A stretch of 32,000 nt of DNA from Candidatus Iainarchaeum sp. (GCA_028700115.1 JAQVTI010000001.1:1-32000), one strand, 5' to 3'; shown: positions 1 through 8,875, counted from the first letter of the stretch. The notes: generated by a model not told the origin, from the sequence alone. Program-made: numbers and translations.

Positions 1-2
1 AT

Positions 3-221
3 TTAAAAACTGGTAAAAAGCTAGTTTTTACAGATATTAAGTTTAAAATTAAAAGACAAGACACAGAAGATATAAGAAATAAGATATTAAATATTTCTTA
101 TTATAAATGGATGAAAGCAGGATTATCTAAAGGGACTTTACATTATATAAAACAAAACATAAAAGAAAATAAACCCTTTACATTAAATAAACATATTGAA
201 AATAAAATTATAAATTGGTGA
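3..221 (+). CDS. 3' end of an ORF entering from the left window edge (72 codons, start outside window); helix-turn-helix-like C-terminal segment; function unrecognised
   Basis: Frame 3 is open from position 3 to TGA at 219-221 (...LNISYYKWMKAGLSKGTLHYIKQNIKENKPFTLNKHIENKIINW*). It is absent from the ORF track because it has no start in the window. Its stop overlaps the GGTGA SD-like motif (217-221) of the downstream methyltransferase, suggesting co-transcription. Confidence 0.35.
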   Translation, partial: LKTGKKLVFTDIKFKIKRQDTEDIRNKILNISYYKWMKAGLSKGTLHYIKQNIKENKPFTLNKHIENKIINW

Positions 222-1105
222 AAAAAATGGAATTAAATAAAATATATAATGAAGACTGTATAAATGGATTAAAAAAATTGTCTGATAATTCCGCACAAAT
301 TATTATTATAGATCCCCCTTATAATATAGGCAAAAATTTTGGTAATAATAAAGATAAAAAAGAATTAAACGAATATTTAGATTGGTGTGATAAATGGATT
401 AATGAATGTATAAGAATATTAAAACCAAATGGCACTATGTTTATTTATGGATTTAGTGAAATATTAGCATATATTTTTACAAAAATAAATATAAATAAAA
501 GGTGGTTAATTTGGCATTATACAAATAAGAATATGCCGTCTCAAAAATTTTGGCAAAGGAGCCATGAATCTATTATATGTTGTTGGAAAAAAGAAAATAT
601 ATTTAATGAAAACGACATTAGAGAACCATATACTGCAGGGTTTCTTAACGGATCTGCAGGAAAAACTAGACCCGCAACAATTGGGCGATTATCTGGTAAA
701 AACCCAAAAATAACTACTTATGTAGCACACAACGATGGGGCATTACCAAGAGATGTTATTAAAATTCCTACTTTGGCAGGAGGTTCTGGAATGTCTGAAA
801 GGTGGTTTATTTGTCATACATGTAATTCAATTTGTAAGCCTAAAGAATTAAAAAAACATAAAGGACACAATATAGAAAAACATCCTACTCAAAAACCCTT
901 AAATTTGTGTGATAAATTAATATTATCTGCTAAACAAAAAGATGGATTTGTATTAATTCCATTTGTAGGTTCTGGATCTGAATGTGTGTCTGCTAAAAAG
1001 AATGGATTAAATTTTATTGGATTTGAACTAAATCCAGAATATATTAAATTAGCAAATGAAAGAATAAAAGAAATTAAGACCGAGAATCAATCTCGGCTTT
1101 TTTAA
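215..1105 (+). CDS. Type II DNA methyltransferase, N6_N4_Mtase family (beta-class order: motif IV before motif I); the DPPY motif favours N6-adenine specificity
   Basis: Motif IV is IIIDPPYN near the N-terminus. HPTQKPLNL, then the SAM-binding motif I FVGSGSE and a FIGFE segment, lie near the C-terminus. The track start is TTG at 215. The more likely start is ATG at 227, preceded by GGTGA (217-221) with a 5-nt spacer. Confidence 0.9.
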   Translation: MVKKMELNKIYNEDCINGLKKLSDNSAQIIIIDPPYNIGKNFGNNKDKKELNEYLDWCDKWINECIRILKPNGTMFIYGFSEILAYIFTKININKRWLIWHYTNKNMPSQKFWQRSHESIICCWKKENIFNENDIREPYTAGFLNGSAGKTRPATIGRLSGKNPKITTYVAHNDGALPRDVIKIPTLAGGSGMSERWFICHTCNSICKPKELKKHKGHNIEKHPTQKPLNLCDKLILSAKQKDGFVLIPFVGSGSECVSAKKNGLNFIGFELNPEYIKLANERIKEIKTENQSRLF

Positions 1106-1775
1106 TTAAAAAAGCTTCTTCTGTAAAAACAATAAAACCATTATCAAATCTATTTAATGTTTTATCTTCTTTAAATCTAAGATAAGGCAATTTGTAACTT
1201 CCATCTTTTCTATATGGATTTTCAAAATAATCTCCACTAGGCACATTATAAAAAATATTTACAAACTCTCCAGAAATGGATTTTTTTGGTTTTTTTTCTT
1301 TTCTAATTTCACGACTTTGAGACTCTTTTTTTACTTGATAATTAATTAAATGCCCCTTATAATTTATTTGAAAATCTGCACCATTATGATCTAATTCTTC
1401 AGACATTTTAACACTGTCTTTTCCAAATACAGATTCTGCAACATATCCACCATGTATTTGTGTAATTAAACTAGCCCAAGTTCTATAAATTCTTGCCGGT
1501 AATCCTAAATAAAAACATTTTTCACACATTTGAATTTTAATTCTAAATTCTTCTAATAAGTCTTTTTTTTCAGTAAGATATTCATTATAAAAATTTTCAA
1601 AAGACAAAAATTCTTTTCTGATCCAATATATTTTATATAGTAATTCAATTGCTTGAATATTTTTAGGTAAATCCATTTCTACAATCTTTATCGGACGATA
1701 TTGATTCCTATATAATTCTAAATTTACCGTTTTAAGAAATTCGGTAAATTCGTTTAATTTATTAATTTCACTCAT
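1074..1775 (-). CDS. Putative type II restriction endonuclease, partner of the adjacent methyltransferase
   Basis: It is convergent with the methyltransferase and overlaps its 3' end by 32 bp. It contains a PD-(D/E)XK-like arrangement (HNGADFQINYKGHLINYQVKK: D ... QVK). A TGATC SD-like motif lies 4 nt upstream of the ATG at 1775. No family recognised; the role is inferred mainly from context. Confidence 0.5.
   Translation of the reverse strand: MSEINKLNEFTEFLKTVNLELYRNQYRPIKIVEMDLPKNIQAIELLYKIYWIRKEFLSFENFYNEYLTEKKDLLEEFRIKIQMCEKCFYLGLPARIYRTWASLITQIHGGYVAESVFGKDSVKMSEELDHNGADFQINYKGHLINYQVKKESQSREIRKEKKPKKSISGEFVNIFYNVPSGDYFENPYRKDGSYKLPYLRFKEDKTLNRFDNGFIVFTEEAFLIKKAEIDSRS
1080..1115. terminator. 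GC-rich hairpin plus a perfect 20-bp palindrome at the convergent gene junction; possible bidirectional terminator
   Basis: CCGAGA (1080-1085), loop ATCAA, TCTCGG (1091-1096), immediately followed by GCTTTTTTAATTAAAAAAGC (1096-1115). This gives a T6 run on both strands. It lies inside the overlapping 3' ends of both genes. Confidence 0.4.
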
Positions 1776-1785
1776 ATTTGATCAT

Positions 1786-1947
1786 TTATCTGAAAAATAT
1801 CCATAATGCAACAGATATTATTAAAATTACAACTCCAACCCAAGCACTAATTTCTTTAGATAATAAACCAATTCCTAAAAAAATTAATCCACCAACAGTT
1901 AATATTGCGGGAACAGTTCTAACATCAAAATTTATATTTGCACTCAC
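1786..1947 (-). CDS. Small (53 aa) two-helix membrane protein, GTG start, directly upstream of the putative restriction endonuclease
   Basis: My translation of the minus strand gives VSANINFDVRTVPAILTVGGLIFLGIGLLSKEISAWVGVVILIISVALWIFFR*, with two clear hydrophobic helices. GGTGAT (1956-1951) lies 3 nt upstream of GTG (1947-1945). Its stop at 1786-1788 is 10 nt before the endonuclease ATG. It is not in the ORF track; the track's +strand ORF 1778-1972 looks like its shadow. Confidence 0.45.
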   Translation of the reverse strand: MSANINFDVRTVPAILTVGGLIFLGIGLLSKEISAWVGVVILIISVALWIFFR

Positions 1948-2240
1948 ATTATCACCAAAGTTAATTCTATAATTATTTTATTGAAACAAAACATTTAAAA
2001 AACCGTACAAAAAAAGTGACTTAGCTATATCCCGGCTTTTATTTTTTGGGGTAATATTTTTTTTATATCATATACTTTAAATATATTTATAGATTTAATA
2101 CATATATAAATATTTATTAAATAATTTAATTAATTTCAAAAATATTAAAATCAAATAAAAATTAGTTTTATCTTATTCTCAAAAATTATTTTTATATAAT
2201 ACAAATTTATATTTATAAAAACCAAAATAAAAAAAGAAAA

Positions 2241-4856
2241 TTATTTCTTTTTCTTAGAAACATTTTTCTTTTTTATATTTTCTGGGTTTGCTTTAATTTT
2301 ATTTTTAATAACTGGCTTATTAGATGATTTAGGCTTATTATTTAAAACATAAATACCCCCAACTACTAAAATTATAGCAATAAGACCTAATAAAATATAT
2401 AATCCAAGATTATTAGTAGGACTTTTGGCAATACACACACATCTTTCTTGATCTAAAAGAGTATCTTCTGGACATTTAATATCACAAACATTATTTTGAC
2501 CTCTAATAGAATTATTTAAATCATTTGAATCATTAGCTAAATCATTAGCTAAAATATTTGAATCATTAGCTAAAATATTTGAATCATTAGCTAAAATATT
2601 TGAATCATCTAAATAATTAAAATCAGAAAAAGGATTTAAAATATTAACATCATTATTTCCATCATTAGAACCAGGATTTGATATTAAAATATCTTTTTCA
2701 CAAATACAATTAACTTTATCTAAAATATATCCAGAAAGACAACTTAAATTACATTCACAAACAAAATTATTATTACAAATATAATTATTATTACAATCAG
2801 AATCAACCATACAACCAGCAGGGTTTGCAATTAATGCAAATTCTGAAAAAGAATCAACTTCTATTGAATAAAACCTATAATTTTGATTTTCTCCTTCATA
2901 TTTTACTAAAATTTCTTCCCACACATCTTCATTTTTATGCAAAACTTCAATTCCATCTATTGGAATTTGTAAATTATCTAAATCTGAAATTAATAATTTA
3001 AATTTAATTTTCGCATTTTTAAAATTATATTCTTGATCATAAAAAGGTTTTTTAATATCCATACAAAATAATGCATTATCTAAAGAAGAATCACAAGTTA
3101 AAAAAGAAATAGGATAACTTAAAAAGTTTATTAAATCTTCTTCTTGTGTTGTTACAACAAAAGAATCAATATAACTAGGAGTATTTTGTAAGGTTTGTAT
3201 AAATATTTGACTTAATTCAGGGAAAGGCAAATCTGAATAATACACACTACTATATCCATCTGAAAAAATTCCAAGATCTATTATAGAATAATCTTTTAAA
3301 ACAATAATTCCATCTTTTAATTCTTTTATAAATCTAGGAAAACTAACTTTCCCATCTTTATCTATAGATGTTACTAAAATAATTTCATCAGTTTCTGGAT
3401 CTATAAAAATAAATTTATGGTTAGAAATAAAATTATTATTACTATCTATTAAATTAAATTTAATATTATCATATTCTGCAACAACAGAATAAGAGGAAGA
3501 AGAATCTAAAAAAATTGTATTTTCTAAAGGATTAATTTCTGAATCTGTAATCATTACAAGCCCATTATTAATAAAAAATGAATAATCACAATTATCCAAA
3601 ATTTGATTAGACAAAGAAACAAAAGCACCATCAGAAATATCATAACATCTGTCTGCCCCAAAAGATAGATTAAAATAATTATTTACAAAAAAGGAAGTTC
3701 CTTTAATAGAAACAATTGTGTGATCTGGAAAATATTCTACACCATCAAAAATATCAAAAAATTCACCTACTGAAGAATCTAAATATATTGAATAAATGTT
3801 TTTTTCATTAAGTGAATTTAATGAAAAAATTTCAAATGTATCTTTTATTTTAATATTACAATTATCCCCAAAAACACCATATACTTTTTCAGAAGAAGAA
3901 ATATCATCAATTATAACTGAATTATTAAATAAAACATCATTATTTCCAGAAATAAAAATCCCATATGCATCTAAAATATTAGCTTCTAAATTTTCTATAT
4001 TTGTAATATTATTAAAGACAATATTATTCTTTAAATTATTTATATTATCAATTTTTACTCCATATAAACCTCCTTCAGAATTTATATTTGATATTAAAAC
4101 AGAATCATTTAAAGATACATTAGAATCTATAATCCCTAAACCAATAGACATAGAATTAGAATTAATATTAGAAATTAATAATTCTGAATTAATTATAATA
4201 GAATTTTTAATATTTTCAAAATTAATACCAATAGATAAAGAATATTCTTGAGATGAAGTAATTGAAGAAATATCTAAATTAGTAATTTCAGATAAATCTA
4301 AATTTTCAACATTATAAAATCTAATTCCAACAGAATTATTTATCCCAGAAATATTTGAAACAGAAATATTTCCTTTAACAGAGACATCTGAAGAATTTGA
4401 AATACTTAATCCTGAATTATATAAACTACCAGACATATCACTTATAGAAATATTTTCTAGATCAATATCTTTAGAAGAATATATATTTAACCCATATGAA
4501 CCATTTTTAAATTTTAAATCTTTTAAATAAATATCATTTGAATCAATTATATTTAATAAAGAAGAATTATTAATAATTACATCTCCATAAGTAGTAATTC
4601 CTTTTATAAAAATACCTTTTGTATTATCTATAGAAATATTTTCATTATAAGTTCCATCACATACATTTATATATACACAAGAAGGATGAGCATTCAATGC
4701 TTCATTAATAGTAGTATAATCATATCCAGGACAATTTGTAGAATCCCCAGAATCATTAACATAAACTACTGGATCAACTCTAGTACATGCCCCTAAAACA
4801 GATGGTAAAAATATTAAAAATAAAAAACTAATAATTATAAATTTAGATAATTTCAT
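2241..4856 (-). CDS. Large cell-surface protein: signal peptide, right-handed beta-helix-type repeats, Cys-rich modules, C-terminal transmembrane anchor and Lys-rich tail
   Basis: N-terminal signal MKLSKFIIISFLFLIFLPSVLGAC. There are many short repeats of the ISNSSDVSVKGNISVSNISGINNSVGIRF type (beta-helix/NosD-like periodicity). Cys-rich segments include CMVDSDCNNNYICNNNFVCECNLSC and CDIKCPEDTLLDQERCVC. The anchor is LGLYILLGLIAIILVVGGIYVL followed by a K-rich tail. Confidence 0.8.
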   Translation of the reverse strand: MKLSKFIIISFLFLIFLPSVLGACTRVDPVVYVNDSGDSTNCPGYDYTTINEALNAHPSCVYINVCDGTYNENISIDNTKGIFIKGITTYGDVIINNSSLLNIIDSNDIYLKDLKFKNGSYGLNIYSSKDIDLENISISDMSGSLYNSGLSISNSSDVSVKGNISVSNISGINNSVGIRFYNVENLDLSEITNLDISSITSSQEYSLSIGINFENIKNSIIINSELLISNINSNSMSIGLGIIDSNVSLNDSVLISNINSEGGLYGVKIDNINNLKNNIVFNNITNIENLEANILDAYGIFISGNNDVLFNNSVIIDDISSSEKVYGVFGDNCNIKIKDTFEIFSLNSLNEKNIYSIYLDSSVGEFFDIFDGVEYFPDHTIVSIKGTSFFVNNYFNLSFGADRCYDISDGAFVSLSNQILDNCDYSFFINNGLVMITDSEINPLENTIFLDSSSSYSVVAEYDNIKFNLIDSNNNFISNHKFIFIDPETDEIILVTSIDKDGKVSFPRFIKELKDGIIVLKDYSIIDLGIFSDGYSSVYYSDLPFPELSQIFIQTLQNTPSYIDSFVVTTQEEDLINFLSYPISFLTCDSSLDNALFCMDIKKPFYDQEYNFKNAKIKFKLLISDLDNLQIPIDGIEVLHKNEDVWEEILVKYEGENQNYRFYSIEVDSFSEFALIANPAGCMVDSDCNNNYICNNNFVCECNLSCLSGYILDKVNCICEKDILISNPGSNDGNNDVNILNPFSDFNYLDDSNILANDSNILANDSNILANDLANDSNDLNNSIRGQNNVCDIKCPEDTLLDQERCVCIAKSPTNNLGLYILLGLIAIILVVGGIYVLNNKPKSSNKPVIKNKIKANPENIKKKNVSKKKK
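2523..2610 (-). repeat. 21-bp in-frame tandem repeat inside the surface-protein gene (encodes SNILAND units)
   Basis: The + strand reads atttgaatcattagctaa / atcattagctaaaat / atttgaatcattagctaaaat / atttgaatcattagctaaaat / atttgaatcatct. The protein reads DSNILANDSNILANDSNILANDLANDSNDL. Confidence 0.9.
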
Positions 4857-4986
4857 AAATTATTTCTCCTGAATAAATTATATATTTAATACATTTATAA
4901 AAGAAGAATAAGTTTATAAATACTTTAGTATATAAAAAAAATATAATAAAAAATAAATTTAAAATAAATTTAAAAAATATAAATAT

Positions 4987-6132
4987 TTATAAAGAAACAG
5001 AAAAAAGATCTTGATTTAATCTATCTAATTCTGATTTTAAAAATTTTGCAAAAGAAGAATCAATTCCTTCAATTAAACACATTTTTCCAATATTAGCAGA
5101 TTTAATATATTCAAGATTTTTAAATTTAGAAATAATTTTTAAAATATTTATAGAATCTATATTCTGAACTTTTTGTAAAACAGAATATCCTTTTGGAATC
5201 ATTTTTTTAATACCAATAATTTCTACTAAATGTTCTTGATCATAAATAGTTCTAAAATCTAATTTTTTTAAAAAATCAATTTTTTCAAAAAGAAAATCAT
5301 CATAATTAATATTTATGTCTTCTAAATCTTCAGAAAAATCTTTAATTATATTAAATAAAATATTATCTAAATCAAAAACTAATTCATTTAAAGTTTGTAA
5401 AATATCATATCCTTCTTTTCCAAGTTCTATAATTATTTTATCAAGCTCTACTTTATGTTTATAAAAAAATAATATTTTTTGAATTAAAGAAATTGCTTTT
5501 TTAAAAGAACCATCTAATAAATTATATTCTTCTTTTATTAAAAGAACTTGATCTTTATCAATTACAGCCCTATATTCTCTTAAATTATTTAATAAATAAT
5601 TACCTTTTATAAAAAGTTGACCAATATCTTGTAAAACATATTTTTGATCTCTAAAATATAAAGTAATAATTGATCTTCTATGAGATATTGCAATAACAGG
5701 AAGACCTGTTGCAATTGCAGTTTGTTCTGCAGATCTATGTCTCATACCTGTTTCTGTAGAGGAAATATTTCTATCTGGCATAAGATGTTTATTTGCACCT
5801 GTTATTTTTTTAAGATCAGAAGAAAGAATTATTGCTCCATCCATTTTAGATAATTCAAAAAGCTTTTGTGAAGAAAAATCTAAATCTAAATCAATTCCAC
5901 CTTTTTTTATATCTTCTAAATTATCATTATCTCCTAAAACAAATAAACCCCCTAAATTACCAAACAAAACCTCATCTAAACCAGATCTAATCTTTGTACC
6001 AGGGGTAATTAATGGTAATATTTCTGTTATGTCTAAAATAGTGTTTGACTTTATATCCTCTATAATTCTATAATTAGAATCTTCTTGAAAAAAAGTTTTT
6101 GAAATAATTTTTTGTGGAGACATAAATATCAT
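4987..6132 (-). CDS. disA: DisA-type diadenylate cyclase (DNA integrity scanning protein; c-di-AMP synthase)
   Basis: The full DisA architecture is recognisable. The N-terminal DAC domain has LSKMDGAIIL (DGA motif) and TGMRHRSAEQ (RHR motif). It resembles the Thermotoga DisA sequence as I recall it (ISPGTELR..., RRRNIISLYY versus HRRSIITLYF here). There is a helical linker and a C-terminal HhH-like segment (LIEGIDSSFAKFLKSEL). The start could be M1 or M4 (MIFMSPQ). Confidence 0.9.
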   Translation of the reverse strand: MIFMSPQKIISKTFFQEDSNYRIIEDIKSNTILDITEILPLITPGTKIRSGLDEVLFGNLGGLFVLGDNDNLEDIKKGGIDLDLDFSSQKLFELSKMDGAIILSSDLKKITGANKHLMPDRNISSTETGMRHRSAEQTAIATGLPVIAISHRRSIITLYFRDQKYVLQDIGQLFIKGNYLLNNLREYRAVIDKDQVLLIKEEYNLLDGSFKKAISLIQKILFFYKHKVELDKIIIELGKEGYDILQTLNELVFDLDNILFNIIKDFSEDLEDININYDDFLFEKIDFLKKLDFRTIYDQEHLVEIIGIKKMIPKGYSVLQKVQNIDSINILKIISKFKNLEYIKSANIGKMCLIEGIDSSFAKFLKSELDRLNQDLFSVSL

Positions 6133-6292
6133 TTTTTAATTTTTACAAATTAATACAATATATAAGTTTTAATATAAAATAAAATATTTATATTAATAGT
6201 TAAAAAAATTTAAAAACAGAAGGTATTAAAAAAATAATTAAAAATAACTAAAAAATATATAAAACTAAACTTATTTTAAACAAAAAATTTAA

Positions 6293-8875
6293 TTAACAAG
6301 AATTTTTTTTAAAAATACCATTTATAAAATTTGTAATTGGAATAACTAAAATAGAAGAAATCCCAAAAATAAACAAATAAATCCAATGTATAAAAGATAA
6401 TGGAACTAATCTAAAAATATTTTGGAAAAAAGGAACATATATTACAATTATATGTAAAGCAATAACTAATAAAACACTATAAATTAATAACTTGTTTGAA
6501 AGAAGATGTTCTCTATCAAACTTACCTTCAATATTACAAACAAACGCAAAAAACAATTCAAAAATTACAATCCCTGATAAAATAAAAGTCCTTGCATAAG
6601 AAGAAACATCTAAATCAAAAGAATTAATACCAAAAGAAAAATCTAAACCTAATCCATATGAAAAAAGAATTAATTCCCCTATAATTTTTACAAATAAAGC
6701 AACAATAATAAAAACAGTAAAATTATGTAAAATGCCTTTATTTGGATCTCTAGGTTTTCTAAACATAATATCTTTAGAAGCCTTTCTTCTTCCAAGAGCA
6801 ATTGCAGGAAGAGAATCTGTAACCATATTTATCCATAAAATTTGTAAAGCTAAAAGAGGTATTGGAAAATTAAATAAAATCAATAAAACAACAGTTAAAA
6901 GAATATCAAAATTTACAGCAAGCATATATTTTACAAAAAGTAGAATATTATCATAAACTCTTCTACCTTCTTTAATTGCAGAAACAATACTTGAAAAATT
7001 ATCATCTTTTAAGACAATATCAGCAACTTCTTTTGTAGCTTCAGTACCTTTAATACCCATAGCTATACCAACATCTGCAGCTTTAATAGCAGGTGCATCA
7101 TTTACCCCATCTCCTGTAACAGATACAATTTCTCCAGATTTTTTTAAAAGAGTTACAATTCTAAATTTATGCTCTGGTTTTGCTCTTGAAAAAATATCTG
7201 TTTTTTTAATTAACTCTAATGCTTTTTTATCATCTAAAGAATCTAAAATATCAGCATTAACTGCTTTTGGATTTAAAAAACCAATTTCTCTTGCAATAGC
7301 TTGTGTTGTTAAAGAATTATCCCCAGTTATAATTTTAGTTATAATTCCTGCTTTTCTTGAAAGAAGTAAAGCATCTTTAACATCTTTCCTTGGTGGATCT
7401 ATCGAAGCAACTAATCCTAAAAAAATTAAATTATTTTCAAATAAATCATTTTTATTATCTATCTGCCTATATGCAAATCCTAAAACTCTTAATGCATCTT
7501 TAGAATATTTTTCTTCAAAAGAAAAAAAATAATCAATATCTTTTTGAGTAATTTTTCTAATTTTACCATTATCTAATATTTTAGTAGATTTTTTAATTAT
7601 TTCTTGAAAAGCTCCTTTTGAAAACATTTCTAAATTATTATCAACTTTATGAATAGTTGACATCATTTTTCTATCAGAAGAAAAAGGAATTTCATTTATA
7701 AGCTCATAATCTTTTACTCTACCAGATTTTCTAGTTAATACCTTTAAAGCAATTTCTGTAGGATCTCCTATAAATTTATTAATTTCAACTATAGAATCAT
7801 TACAATTTTCACAAATATCTAAAATTTTAAAAAATTCAATATTATTTAAGTCTTGTTTTTTTTCAAAAGAATAACCTGTTCCATAAATTTCTTTTTCAAA
7901 ATTTAAAGAAACAATTTTCCTTGCAGTCATTTCGTTTAAAGTTAAAGTCCCTGTTTTATCAGATGCAATAATTGTTGTTGCACCTAAAGATTCAATAGCA
8001 GACATTTTTCTAACAATAGCATTTTGTTTAGACATTACCTGAACTCCTAAAGCTAAAGTTAAAGTTATAACAATTGGTAATCCTTCAGGAATTGCTGCAA
8101 TTGCAAGAGAAACAGTTATTAAAAAATTATCTATAATTCCAATACCTCTAAAAAGACCAATTACAAAAAGAATAATAATTAAAAAAATCAAAATATAAAC
8201 TATTTTTCTTGAAAGAGAATCTAATTGTTTTTCAAATAAAGATTTTTCAATATTAGTTTCTGAAACTAAATTAATAATTTTACCAAATTCTGTATTTATT
8301 CCAGTAGAAATAACAACTCCTTTTGCTTTTCCAGAAACAATTGTAGTTCCAGAAAAACAAATTACTTCTTTATTTGATTTTAGATTTTTAGAAACTGAAA
8401 CAGACTCACCAGTTAAAATAGATTCATCTACTTTTAAAGAAAAACTTTCAAAAAGTTTAATATCTGCAGGAACTTTATCCCCTTCAGAAAGAATAACAAC
8501 ATCACCAGGAACTAGTTTTTCTACATTTATTTCTTTTTCCTTACCATCTCTTATAACAATTGCAATTTTTGTAAGCATTTTTTTTAAAGAAGAAACTGCT
8601 TTTTCAGCTTTATATTCTTGAATAAAACCAATTATAGAATTAATTAAAACAATTGCAAAAATAACAAAAGCATCTAATTTTTCTCCAATTATAAAAAAAA
8701 TAATTGAAGATATTAATAAAATAACTATTAATAAAGAAGTAAATTGACGTAAAAACATTTTTAAAATAATAAATTTTTTTTTTATTTCAATTTTATTTTC
8801 ACCATATTTATTTAAAAGAATAAGAGCTTGACTTTCTTTTAAACCATAAAATTTAGATTGTTTATTATAAGACAT
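6293..8875 (-). CDS. P-type cation-transporting ATPase, P2 (SERCA/Ca2+-ATPase-like) subfamily
   Basis: It has TGES, the phosphorylation motif DKTGTLT, and GDGVNDAPAIK. It also has the TM4 PEGLP motif and a TM6 LWINMVTDSLPAIALG, which resembles the SERCA LWVNLVTDGLPATALG segment that carries Ca2+-ligand N/T/D residues. Confidence 0.92.
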   Translation of the reverse strand: MSYNKQSKFYGLKESQALILLNKYGENKIEIKKKFIILKMFLRQFTSLLIVILLISSIIFFIIGEKLDAFVIFAIVLINSIIGFIQEYKAEKAVSSLKKMLTKIAIVIRDGKEKEINVEKLVPGDVVILSEGDKVPADIKLFESFSLKVDESILTGESVSVSKNLKSNKEVICFSGTTIVSGKAKGVVISTGINTEFGKIINLVSETNIEKSLFEKQLDSLSRKIVYILIFLIIILFVIGLFRGIGIIDNFLITVSLAIAAIPEGLPIVITLTLALGVQVMSKQNAIVRKMSAIESLGATTIIASDKTGTLTLNEMTARKIVSLNFEKEIYGTGYSFEKKQDLNNIEFFKILDICENCNDSIVEINKFIGDPTEIALKVLTRKSGRVKDYELINEIPFSSDRKMMSTIHKVDNNLEMFSKGAFQEIIKKSTKILDNGKIRKITQKDIDYFFSFEEKYSKDALRVLGFAYRQIDNKNDLFENNLIFLGLVASIDPPRKDVKDALLLSRKAGIITKIITGDNSLTTQAIAREIGFLNPKAVNADILDSLDDKKALELIKKTDIFSRAKPEHKFRIVTLLKKSGEIVSVTGDGVNDAPAIKAADVGIAMGIKGTEATKEVADIVLKDDNFSSIVSAIKEGRRVYDNILLFVKYMLAVNFDILLTVVLLILFNFPIPLLALQILWINMVTDSLPAIALGRRKASKDIMFRKPRDPNKGILHNFTVFIIVALFVKIIGELILFSYGLGLDFSFGINSFDLDVSSYARTFILSGIVIFELFFAFVCNIEGKFDREHLLSNKLLIYSVLLVIALHIIVIYVPFFQNIFRLVPLSFIHWIYLFIFGISSILVIPITNFINGIFKKNSC

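Noticed and set aside
1778-1972. 64-aa +strand ORF from the track.
   Set aside because: The opposite strand encodes a much more protein-like two-TM peptide with a GGTGAT SD and operon-like spacing to the next gene. The +strand ORF has neither.
1981-2050. A locally GC-richer patch (…AACCGTAC…GTGACTTAGCTATATCCCGGCTTTTATTTTTTGGGG) as a possible small RNA or terminator hairpin.
   Set aside because: I could only find a weak, imperfect pairing (AAAACCG / CGGCTTTT) with a long loop. There is no convincing structure or conservation evidence from sequence alone.
3796-4251. 151-aa +strand ORF inside the surface-protein gene.
   Set aside because: It is entirely antisense to a 871-aa ORF with clear domain structure. 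The product is low-complexity with no motif. It is a typical shadow ORF in AT-rich DNA.
6732-6956. 74-aa +strand ORF inside the P-type ATPase gene.
   Set aside because: It is antisense to a strongly supported CDS and has no SD or recognisable features.
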